A stretch of DNA of 64,000 nt from positions 2,848,001 to 2,912,000 of the forward strand of contig OZ244561.1 of NCBI GenBank assembly GCA_965217585.1. The letters run 5' to 3'. Source of the stretch: Candidatus Latescibacterota bacterium (GTDB taxonomy: Bacteria; Latescibacterota; UBA2968; UBA8231). Shown piece by piece: positions 10,158 through 18,634 of the stretch. Numbering within the stretch: position 1 is the stretch's first letter; each line of letters begins with the position of its first letter. The translations under genes were made by a program, and so were the position numbers. The notes below the pieces were generated by a model. It searched no databases, was not told the origin of the DNA, and saw only the letters and a list, made by a program, of their open reading frames with translations.

Positions 10158-12509
10158 ATGCTGGGTAACTATCTGACGACGTCGCTGCGCCTTTTGTGGC
10201 GGGAGCGCGGTTATGCGGCGATCAACATCTTCGGCTTGGCGGTCGGTTTTGCTCTATGCCTGCTGGTCATCCAGCTCGCTGCCTATCAGCTCTCGGTTGG
10301 CGATTTCCACGAGAAAAAAGACCGGGTTTTCCGCGTGATGGGGCCAATCAGTCATCCAAGAATTCATACTACGTCCGGGTACACCTCAAGTATGCCAGTA
10401 CCGCTTGGACCGACCCTCAAGGAGCAATTGCCCGAAGTCGAGGAGGCGGTCCGCTTTAGCTGGAATTATCCGCGTCTGCTGCGGGTCGGGGACAAGGAGG
10501 GAATATATGAAAAGGTTGGTGGGGTGGAAGCTGGCGTTTTCGACATGTTTAGCTTGCCACTCCTGCGCGGCGATCCCAAGACGGCCTTGGCGCGTCCCCA
10601 CACCTTAGTGCTGACCGAGCCGTTGGCCCGCCGGCTCTTTGGCGAAAGCGATCCCATTGGACAGGTCGTCCGGGTCAATGAGGAGTTCGATTGCGAGGTT
10701 ACTGGCATCGTCGGCCAGCCGCCCTCCAATTCATTGCTCCAGTTCTCGGCGCTGCTTTCGCTCGCCACAGAGTCAATGGCAGCGTATGGCTGGGGCTTTT
10801 CAGGCTTCTCAGTCTTCGTGCAGCTAACGCCCGGTGCCGACCCTGCTGCGGTAGCTGCGCGCATTGCCGACATCGTCAAGGAAGCTAAGGGGTTGCCCGA
10901 AGCGTCCGATTCCTACGCGCTGCAACCCCTGAAAGCGATTTACTTCGACACGGAGGCACCTAACCACTTTGGCCCGAGGGGCAACACCATGCACCTCGCT
11001 CTGTGCGCCATCTTGGCGGTGGTGATCCTGACAATCGCCGGTTTCAACTATGTGAACTTGGCGACGGCGCGGGCGGGGCGACGAATTCACGAGATCGGTG
11101 TGCGCAAGGCCCTCGGCGCTCATCGCGGCCAGCTCATGCGCCAACTTTTGAGCGAGTCGGTACTGTTGAGCACTGCGGCGACGGTGCTAGGCGCAGCCTT
11201 AACAGAGGTCTTGACTCCGCTTATACCCGTCATTGCGGGAGCCAATTTCGAGTTGCCTCAGTTGCACTGGACGATCTCGACCTACGCTGGGGCTACGGCC
11301 TTGGCGGTGGGGGTTGGACTGATCGCGGGCGCGTACCCGGCTTGGGTCGTGGCGCGCTTTCAGCCGGCGACCGTAGCGCAGGGGGGGCGCATGGGCGGTG
11401 TGCGCCTGCGTCGGGGTTTGGTGGTGGCGCAGTTCACGGTTACGGCGGCGTTGATGACGCTGACGCTGCTGATATGGCACCAAGTCGATTACTTCCAAAA
11501 CCTCCTCCGCGAGGACTCCATCTTGGGGGCAAAGCCGGAACAGGTTGTGGTGATCGAGAACCGCAGTCTGACCGAGGATCAGGCTCGTGCCTTCAAGACG
11601 GAGCTGCTTCAGGACAGCCGCATCGCCGCGGTGAGTATCTCTAATACAATACCTGGTGGGGGTTCGGGAATGGTGTTTCTGAGCGGGGAAGAGCAAATGA
11701 AGATAAATGTGTATAAAGCAGATAGCGACTTCGTCGAAATCATGGGCTTGCGCATGGCCCAAGGACGCGCCTTGACCGACGAACCGGCCGATGCCGACGC
11801 GGTCGTCATCAACGAGACCGCCGCACGGATAATGGGATTGGAGGAACCACTGGGCAAGACGATCAGCGCCTCTAGGGGAGACTCGCGCGTCGTGGGCGTG
11901 ATCAAGGACTTCCACTTCCACGGCCCGCGAAGTAAGATAGAGCCGCTGGTTATACTGCAGGGCGATGAAAGAGGGGGCGTCATTCTCGTGAGGGTGCAAC
12001 CCGGGCATCTCGACGCAGCCCTCAAAGTGATCGACGACCAGTGGGCCGCCGTTGAGCCCCACCGCCCCATCCAGCGCAATTCCCTCGAAGAAGTCACCGC
12101 CAGCCTCTACTCCCAAGACCTGATGGTGGGGCGCGCACTCTCGCTCTTCCTCTTTTTAGCTATCGCCGTCGCCTCGGTGGGACTTTTCGGCATGGCCGCG
12201 CACGCCGCCCATGAGCGCACGAAAGAAATCGGCATCCGCAAGGTGTTCGGCGCTTCTCCCGGCGGCCTCACCGCTATGATGATGCGCGACTTCGCCAAAC
12301 CCATTGCCATCGCTTTCCTGCTCAGCGTGCCGATCGCCTACGGGTTGGCCAACCACTGGTTACAGGAGTTTGCCTATCGCGTGGAAATCGGCGTGGGCCT
12401 GTTCTTGGTGTCGGGCGCTTTGTCTTTCGCCATCGCCGGGCTGACGGTGGGTCACCAAGCGATGCGAGCGGCGCTGACCAATCCGATAGAAACGCTGCGG
12501 GCTGAGTAG
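10158..12509 (+). CDS. ABC permease P4 (subfamily A)
   Basis: 783 aa, same framework as P2. Confidence 0.95.
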   Translation: MLGNYLTTSLRLLWRERGYAAINIFGLAVGFALCLLVIQLAAYQLSVGDFHEKKDRVFRVMGPISHPRIHTTSGYTSSMPVPLGPTLKEQLPEVEEAVRFSWNYPRLLRVGDKEGIYEKVGGVEAGVFDMFSLPLLRGDPKTALARPHTLVLTEPLARRLFGESDPIGQVVRVNEEFDCEVTGIVGQPPSNSLLQFSALLSLATESMAAYGWGFSGFSVFVQLTPGADPAAVAARIADIVKEAKGLPEASDSYALQPLKAIYFDTEAPNHFGPRGNTMHLALCAILAVVILTIAGFNYVNLATARAGRRIHEIGVRKALGAHRGQLMRQLLSESVLLSTAATVLGAALTEVLTPLIPVIAGANFELPQLHWTISTYAGATALAVGVGLIAGAYPAWVVARFQPATVAQGGRMGGVRLRRGLVVAQFTVTAALMTLTLLIWHQVDYFQNLLREDSILGAKPEQVVVIENRSLTEDQARAFKTELLQDSRIAAVSISNTIPGGGSGMVFLSGEEQMKINVYKADSDFVEIMGLRMAQGRALTDEPADADAVVINETAARIMGLEEPLGKTISASRGDSRVVGVIKDFHFHGPRSKIEPLVILQGDERGGVILVRVQPGHLDAALKVIDDQWAAVEPHRPIQRNSLEEVTASLYSQDLMVGRALSLFLFLAIAVASVGLFGMAAHAAHERTKEIGIRKVFGASPGGLTAMMMRDFAKPIAIAFLLSVPIAYGLANHWLQEFAYRVEIGVGLFLVSGALSFAIAGLTVGHQAMRAALTNPIETLRAE

Positions 12510-12528
12510 CGACGCGGAAGGAACTATC

Positions 12529-14889
12529 ATGCTGGGCAATTATCTGACGACGGCGCTACGCCTCCTGTGGCGGGAGCGCAGCTATACGGCGATCAACATC
12601 TTCGGTCTGGCGGTCGGCTTTGCCCTGTGCCTGCTGATCATCCAACTCGCCGACTATCAGCTCGCCGTTGGCGATTTCCACGAGAAAAAAGACCGGGTTT
12701 ACCGCGTGCTGGGGCCAAAGTTTTTGCAGACACCTGGGTACTCGGCAACGTTGCTGATACCGCTGGGGCCGACCCTCAAGGAGCAATTGCCCGAAGTCGA
12801 GGAGGCGGTCCGCTTCAGCGGGCGTGTGCCGCGTCTGCTGCGGGTCGGGGCCAAGGACGGGATCTCCGAAGAAATGCTGACCGCGGAAGCCGGCGTTTTC
12901 GACATGTTCAGCTTTCCGCTCTTGCGCGGCGACCCGAAGACGGCCCTGACGCGCCCCTACACCATAGTGCTGACCGAGCCGTTGGCCCGTCGGCTGTTCG
13001 GAGATAACGATCCCATCGGACAGGTCGTCCGCTACGACGAAAGATTTGATTGCGAGATCACCGGCATCGTCGGTCAGCCACCCTCCAGTTCATTGCTCCA
13101 GTTCTCGGCGCTGCTCTCCTTTGCCACGGAGTACAAGGAGAATCGGGAAATGATGGAGTCGAAGGGTACGAGTGCCTTCAGGACCTTTGTGCAGTTAACG
13201 CCCGGTGCCGACCCTGCTGCGGTAGCCGCGCGCATTCCCGGCATTATCGAGGCGACGGGGATGTCGTCGGATGCTGCCGGGCCCTATGCACTGCAACCTC
13301 TGAAATCGGTTTACTTCGACACGGAGGTGTCCAGCTACCTCGGCCCGAGGGGCAATCCCTTCTACTTGACGCTGTGCGCCATTTTAGCGGCGGTGGTCCT
13401 GACAATCGCCGGGGTCAACTACGTGAATTTGGCGACGGCGCGGGCGGGGCACCGGATTCACGAAATCGGCGTGCGCAAGGCCCTTGGCGCTCACCGCGGC
13501 CAGCTTATGCGCCAGCTTTTGAGCGAGTCGATGCTGCTGAGCGTTGGGGCGACGGTGCTAGGCGCTGTCTTAACAGAGGTCTTGATTCTGCTCATACCCG
13601 TCATTACGGGGTCCGATTTCCAGTTGCCTTACTTGCACTGGACGATCTGGACCTGCGCTGGGGTTGTGGCGCTGGCGGTGGGGGTCGGACTGGCTGCGGG
13701 TATGTACCCGGCGTGGGTCGTGGCGCGCTTTCAGCCGGCGACTGCGGTGCGCGGGGGCCGCGTGGGTGGTGCGCTTCTGCGTCGAGGCTTAGTAGTGGCG
13801 CAGTTTACGGTCACGGCGGCGTTGATGACGATGACGCTGCTGATATGGCACCAACTCGATTACTTCCAAAACCTCTTCCGCGAGAACTCGACCCTAGGGT
13901 TCGAGCCGGAACAGGTAGTGGTGATCAGAAATCTCGCTTTAACCATGGATCAAGCTCGAGTCTTTAAGACGGAGCTTCTTCGGGACAGCCGCATCACCGC
14001 AGTGAGTCTCTCTGAGACAGTACCTGGTGGGTGGTCGCGGGGGATGTACGGTTTCAGGCCGGAGGGCGTGGAAGAGCAAATAAAGGTGAGAGTGTATGAA
14101 GTAGATGGCGATTTCGTCGAAATCATGGGATTGCGCATGAGCGAGGGACGCGACCTAAATGACGAAGCGACCGGCGAAATTGTCATCAACGAGGCCGCCG
14201 CGCGGATGTTAGGGCGGACCGAGCCGCTGGATGAGATGATCAACTTCAAGGGCCAGCGGCGCATCGTCGGCGTGATTGAGGACTTCCACTTCGACGGTCC
14301 GCACAGCAAGATAGAGCCACTGTTCATGGTACCATTTAGTCCATGGCACTGGGCGGGCGTCATTATCGTGCGGGTGCAACCTGGGCATCTCGACGCGGCT
14401 CTCAAAGTGATCGACGACAAGTGGGCCGCCGCCGCGCCCTATCACCCCATCCTGCGCAATCCTCTCGAAGAAGTCTTCGCCAGACTCTATTCCGAGGAGC
14501 TGCTGATGGGACGCGCGCTCACGCTCTTTCTCTTTTTAGCCATCGCCGTCGCCTCGGTGGGACTTTTCGGCATGGCCGCACACGCCGCCCATGAGCGCAC
14601 GAAGGAAATCGGCATCCGCAAGGTGTTCGGCGCTTCTCCTGGCGGCCTCACCGCCATGCTGCTGCGCGACTTCGCCAAACCCGTTGCCATCGCCTTCCTG
14701 CTCAGCGTGCCCATCGCCTACTGGTTGGCTAACCAGTGGTTGCAAGACTTTGCCTATCGCGCGGAAATCGGCGCGGGTCTGTTCCTGTTGTCGGGTGCTT
14801 TGTCCTTCGCCATCGCTGGACTGACGGTGGGGCACCAAGCGATGCGGGCGGCGCTGACTAATCCGATAGAAACGCTGCGCACCGAGTAG
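12529..14889 (+). CDS. ABC permease P5 (subfamily A)
   Basis: 786 aa, same framework as P2. Confidence 0.95.
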   Translation: MLGNYLTTALRLLWRERSYTAINIFGLAVGFALCLLIIQLADYQLAVGDFHEKKDRVYRVLGPKFLQTPGYSATLLIPLGPTLKEQLPEVEEAVRFSGRVPRLLRVGAKDGISEEMLTAEAGVFDMFSFPLLRGDPKTALTRPYTIVLTEPLARRLFGDNDPIGQVVRYDERFDCEITGIVGQPPSSSLLQFSALLSFATEYKENREMMESKGTSAFRTFVQLTPGADPAAVAARIPGIIEATGMSSDAAGPYALQPLKSVYFDTEVSSYLGPRGNPFYLTLCAILAAVVLTIAGVNYVNLATARAGHRIHEIGVRKALGAHRGQLMRQLLSESMLLSVGATVLGAVLTEVLILLIPVITGSDFQLPYLHWTIWTCAGVVALAVGVGLAAGMYPAWVVARFQPATAVRGGRVGGALLRRGLVVAQFTVTAALMTMTLLIWHQLDYFQNLFRENSTLGFEPEQVVVIRNLALTMDQARVFKTELLRDSRITAVSLSETVPGGWSRGMYGFRPEGVEEQIKVRVYEVDGDFVEIMGLRMSEGRDLNDEATGEIVINEAAARMLGRTEPLDEMINFKGQRRIVGVIEDFHFDGPHSKIEPLFMVPFSPWHWAGVIIVRVQPGHLDAALKVIDDKWAAAAPYHPILRNPLEEVFARLYSEELLMGRALTLFLFLAIAVASVGLFGMAAHAAHERTKEIGIRKVFGASPGGLTAMLLRDFAKPVAIAFLLSVPIAYWLANQWLQDFAYRAEIGAGLFLLSGALSFAIAGLTVGHQAMRAALTNPIETLRTE

Positions 14890-14922
14890 CTAGCACACCC
14901 ATTTCGTGAGAGGAGACGCATT

Positions 14923-16149
14923 ATGAACACTTTCATTTACCAAGTGCAACGCGTCCTGATTATGGTCGCGATGTCGGCTATGATGGGATATGGTGAGGAT
15001 CTGAACCCCGAGGGAGATGCCTCATCGCCTACAATTGAGAAGACGCTCGTCGCCCATCCCGGCGAAACGCTGCAAGTCAACTCTAGGTATGCCTCGCAGA
15101 CAATCGACTCCCAAGCGGGGAACCAAGTCAGCGTGGTAGTAACCCGCAGTGTCCTTGAGCAATACAAGCACGACGCCAATCGCATCCTCAATGAACACAA
15201 AGTCGAAATCTCGAGCCCCGACCAAGGTATCACCATTTACACCCACGTGGATGACTCCGTCTTGGAGCGATGGCAATCCGATTATGACACTGCTTCTCCG
15301 CTGCGCGTTCACGTGAAAGTGCTGGTGCCAAAGCAGGGTTACGATGTAGTTGCGAGGACGATGTTTGGCAGTCAGGACATCCAGAACATCGATGGTTCAG
15401 TCCATGCAAGTGCCCGTAAGGACATAACTATCAATAATGTAGACGGCGACCTCGACATATCGTCGAGCTATGGTGGCCTGACTATACGCAATGTCACCGG
15501 TGATGGCGTCTTGCGGGCCTCGGCGCGCAAAACGGTCGATATCAGACACGTAAAAGGCCCCCACGTCAACGCTCGGTCGAGTTATGGCTCTCTGACGCTG
15601 GATGACATTGACGGTTCAGTCCATACAAGTGCCCGTAAGGACATCAATATCAGCAATGTAGACGGCGATCTTAACGTATCGTCGAGCTATGGTGGCCTGA
15701 CCATAAGCAACGTCGCTGGTAATGACAATTCAGTCCATGCAAGTGCCCGTAAGGACATCAATATCAGCAATATAGACGGCGACCTCGACATGTCGTCGAG
15801 CTATGGTGGCCTGACTATACGCAATGTCGCTGGTAGCGTTTTGCGCGCCGAGGCTCGCAAAACGGTCGATATCAAGGCGGTGCGACGCGACATCTTCGAC
15901 GCGCGTTCCAGCTATGGTGGCCTTGTACTTGATGATGTTAGTGGTGCCGCCCACGCACATGCGCGCAAAGCTATCACAGTCAGCAATGTAGGCGGCGACC
16001 TCTCGGCTTACTCTAGCTTCGGCAGCGTGACAATTCATCATGTTGGTGGTTCCGTGCGCGCTGAAGCCCGGGGTGATATTGAGCTGAAGGATGTAGCAAA
16101 AGAGGCGAGCATCAGGTCGTCATTTGGCAAGGTCCGCCGGGTGCAGTAG
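14923..16149 (+). CDS. DUF4097-like beta-strand repeat exported protein 2
   Basis: 408 aa, GAGGAG RBS; N- and C-termini close to 8748-10073; SSSYGGLTI repeat units. Confidence 0.75.
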   Translation: MNTFIYQVQRVLIMVAMSAMMGYGEDLNPEGDASSPTIEKTLVAHPGETLQVNSRYASQTIDSQAGNQVSVVVTRSVLEQYKHDANRILNEHKVEISSPDQGITIYTHVDDSVLERWQSDYDTASPLRVHVKVLVPKQGYDVVARTMFGSQDIQNIDGSVHASARKDITINNVDGDLDISSSYGGLTIRNVTGDGVLRASARKTVDIRHVKGPHVNARSSYGSLTLDDIDGSVHTSARKDINISNVDGDLNVSSSYGGLTISNVAGNDNSVHASARKDINISNIDGDLDMSSSYGGLTIRNVAGSVLRAEARKTVDIKAVRRDIFDARSSYGGLVLDDVSGAAHAHARKAITVSNVGGDLSAYSSFGSVTIHHVGGSVRAEARGDIELKDVAKEASIRSSFGKVRRVQ

Positions 16150-16174
16150 GGGCACCCACAAGGGACGCCCCTAC
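16146..16174. repeat. GTAG-type REP-like palindrome overlapping the stop codon
   Basis: Identical to 10070-10098. Confidence 0.7.
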
Positions 16175-16233
16175 GGAAACGAATTCGTTGATACAAATGG
16201 TTTGAAACCTGCTACGACGCGAAAGGAACTATC

Positions 16234-18558
16234 ATGCTGGGTAACTATCTGACGACGACGCTGCGTCTTCTGTGGCGGGAGCGCGGCTACGCGGCGATCA
16301 ACATCTTCGGTCTGGCGGTCGGCTTTTGCCTGTGTCTGCTGACCGTCCAGCTCGCCGCCTATCAGCTCTCGGTTGGCGACTTCCACGAGAAAAAAGACCG
16401 GGTTTTCCGCGTGTTGGTATCAGACACGCAGAATACCGAGTACACAGCGGGGGTACGAATACCACTGGGGCCGACCCTCAAGGAGCAATTGCCCGAAGTC
16501 GAGGAGGCGGTACGCTTTGGCTGGACTTTTCTTAGTCCGCTTCGGGTCGGGGACAAGGACGGAATATATGAAGAGGTTAGTCAGGTGGAGACTGGCGTTT
16601 TCGACATGTTTAGCTTGCCGCTTCTGCACGGTGACCCCAAGACGGCTTTGTCGCGCCCCTACACCATAGTGCTGACTGAGCCATTGGCCCGTCGGCTCTT
16701 CGGCGAGAGCGATCCCATCGGACAGGTCGTCCACGCCGGGACGTTCGATTACGAGGTTACCGGCATCGTCGGCCAGCCGCCCGCCAACTCGCTGCTCCAG
16801 TTCTCGGCGCTGACCTCCTTCGCCACGAATTACATAATAAATCAGAGCTTGATGGAGTCTGGTTGGGACGTTTCAAGCTTTACGACCTTCGTGCAGCTAA
16901 CGCCTGATGCTGACGCGGCTGCGGTAGTCGCGCACATTTCCGACACCGTCAAGGAGGCCACGGGGTTGACCGATTCCTACGCGCTACAGCCGCTGAAATC
17001 GATCTACTTCGACACGGAGGTGCTCAGCACCATTGGCCCGAGGGGCAACCCCGTGTACCTCGCTCTGTGTGCCATCTTAGCGGTGATAATCCTGACGATC
17101 GCCGGGGTCAACTACGTGAATTTGGCGACGGCGCGGGCGGGGCGACGGATTCACGAGATCGGCGTGCGCAAGGCCCTCGGCGCTCATCGCGGCCAGCTTA
17201 TTGGCCAACTTCTGAGCGAGTCGGTGCTGTTGAGTACTGCGGCGACGGTGCTGGGCGTTGCCATGGCAGAGATTATGATTCTGCTCCTACCCGCGATTGT
17301 GGGATTCGATTTTGAATGGTCATCCCTGCGCTGGACGATCTCGACTTACGCCGGGGCTGTGGTGCTGGCGGTGGGGGTTGGACTGGTCGCAGGTGCGTAC
17401 CCGGCGTGGGTCGTGGCGCGCTTTCAGCCGACGGCTGCGGTGCGCGAAGGCCGCGTAGGCGGTGTACTCCTGCGTCGGGGTTTGGTGGTGACGCAGTTCA
17501 CGGCCACTACGGCGTTGCTGACGATGACGCTGCTGATATGGCACCAGATTGATTACATCCAAGACCGCTTCCGCGAGAACTCCATCTTGGGAGCGGAGCC
17601 GGAACAGGTTGTCGTCGTCCAGAACCGCGGTTTGACCGTGGATCAGGCTCAAGCCTTCAAGACAGAGCTGCTTCAGGACAGCCACATCGCCGCGGTGAGT
17701 CTCTCTATGACAGTACCGGGTGAGGGTTCGGGAGCGTCGAGTTTTACAGCGGAAGGGCAAAGGATAAACAAGTATCAAGTAGATGGCGACTTCGTCGAAA
17801 TCATGGGCTTGCGCATGATCCAGGGACGCGCCCTGACCGACGAACCGGCCGACGCCTATGCGGTCGTCATCAACGAGGCCACCGCGAGGATAATGGGGCC
17901 AGGCAAGACGATCCCCCCTTGGGGGGTAGAAAAGCGCGTCGTGGGCGTGATCGAGGACTTTCACTTCTACGGTCCGCGCCATGAGATAGAGCCACTGGTC
18001 ATGGAACAGGTCGCTGGATGGGTCGGCGTTATTATCGTGCGGGTGCGCCCCGGCCATCTCGACGCAGCTCTCAAAGTGATTGACGACAAGTGGGCCGCCG
18101 TCGCGCCCTACAACCTCATCCAGCGCAACTCCCTCGAAGAGGTCACCACCAAACTCTACTCCGAGGACCTGATGATGGGCCGCGCACTCGCGGTCTTTCT
18201 CTTTTTAGCCATCGCCGTCGCCTCGGTAGGACTCTTCGGCATGGCCGCGCACGCCGCCCATGAGCGCACCAAGGAAATCGGCATCCGCAAGGTGTTCGGC
18301 GCTTCTCCCGGCGGTCTCACCGCTATGATGCTGCGGGACTTTGCCAAACCCGTTGCCATCGCCTTCCTGCTCAGCGTGCCCATCGCCTACGGCTTGGCCA
18401 CCCACTGGCTACAGGAGTTTGCCTATCGCGTGGAAATCGGCGTGGGCCTGTTCTTGGTGTCGGGAGCCTTGTCCTTCGTCATTGCCGGGCTGACGGTGGG
18501 CCACCAAGCGATGCGAGCGGCCCTGACCAATCCGATAGAAACGCTGCGCACTGAATGA
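16234..18558 (+). CDS. ABC permease P6 (subfamily A)
   Basis: 774 aa, same framework as P2. Confidence 0.95.
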   Translation: MLGNYLTTTLRLLWRERGYAAINIFGLAVGFCLCLLTVQLAAYQLSVGDFHEKKDRVFRVLVSDTQNTEYTAGVRIPLGPTLKEQLPEVEEAVRFGWTFLSPLRVGDKDGIYEEVSQVETGVFDMFSLPLLHGDPKTALSRPYTIVLTEPLARRLFGESDPIGQVVHAGTFDYEVTGIVGQPPANSLLQFSALTSFATNYIINQSLMESGWDVSSFTTFVQLTPDADAAAVVAHISDTVKEATGLTDSYALQPLKSIYFDTEVLSTIGPRGNPVYLALCAILAVIILTIAGVNYVNLATARAGRRIHEIGVRKALGAHRGQLIGQLLSESVLLSTAATVLGVAMAEIMILLLPAIVGFDFEWSSLRWTISTYAGAVVLAVGVGLVAGAYPAWVVARFQPTAAVREGRVGGVLLRRGLVVTQFTATTALLTMTLLIWHQIDYIQDRFRENSILGAEPEQVVVVQNRGLTVDQAQAFKTELLQDSHIAAVSLSMTVPGEGSGASSFTAEGQRINKYQVDGDFVEIMGLRMIQGRALTDEPADAYAVVINEATARIMGPGKTIPPWGVEKRVVGVIEDFHFYGPRHEIEPLVMEQVAGWVGVIIVRVRPGHLDAALKVIDDKWAAVAPYNLIQRNSLEEVTTKLYSEDLMMGRALAVFLFLAIAVASVGLFGMAAHAAHERTKEIGIRKVFGASPGGLTAMMLRDFAKPVAIAFLLSVPIAYGLATHWLQEFAYRVEIGVGLFLVSGALSFVIAGLTVGHQAMRAALTNPIETLRTE

Positions 18559-18605
18559 CCAAGACGCGGAAGCACATCGTGATCGAGATGCACGACATGG
18601 AGAAG
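18559..18605 (+). pseudogene. Scar of the leader and first 9 codons of ABC ATPase 2
   Basis: CCAAGACGCGGAAGCACATC-GTG ATC GAG ATG CAC GAC ATG GAG AAG (VIEMHDMEK) matches 24692-24738 CCAAGACGTGGAGACACATC-ATG ATC GAA ATG CAT GAC ATC GAA AAG (MIEMHDIEK). Confidence 0.85.
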
Positions 18606-18634
18606 ATGCTCACTACGAAACGAAAGGAACGATC

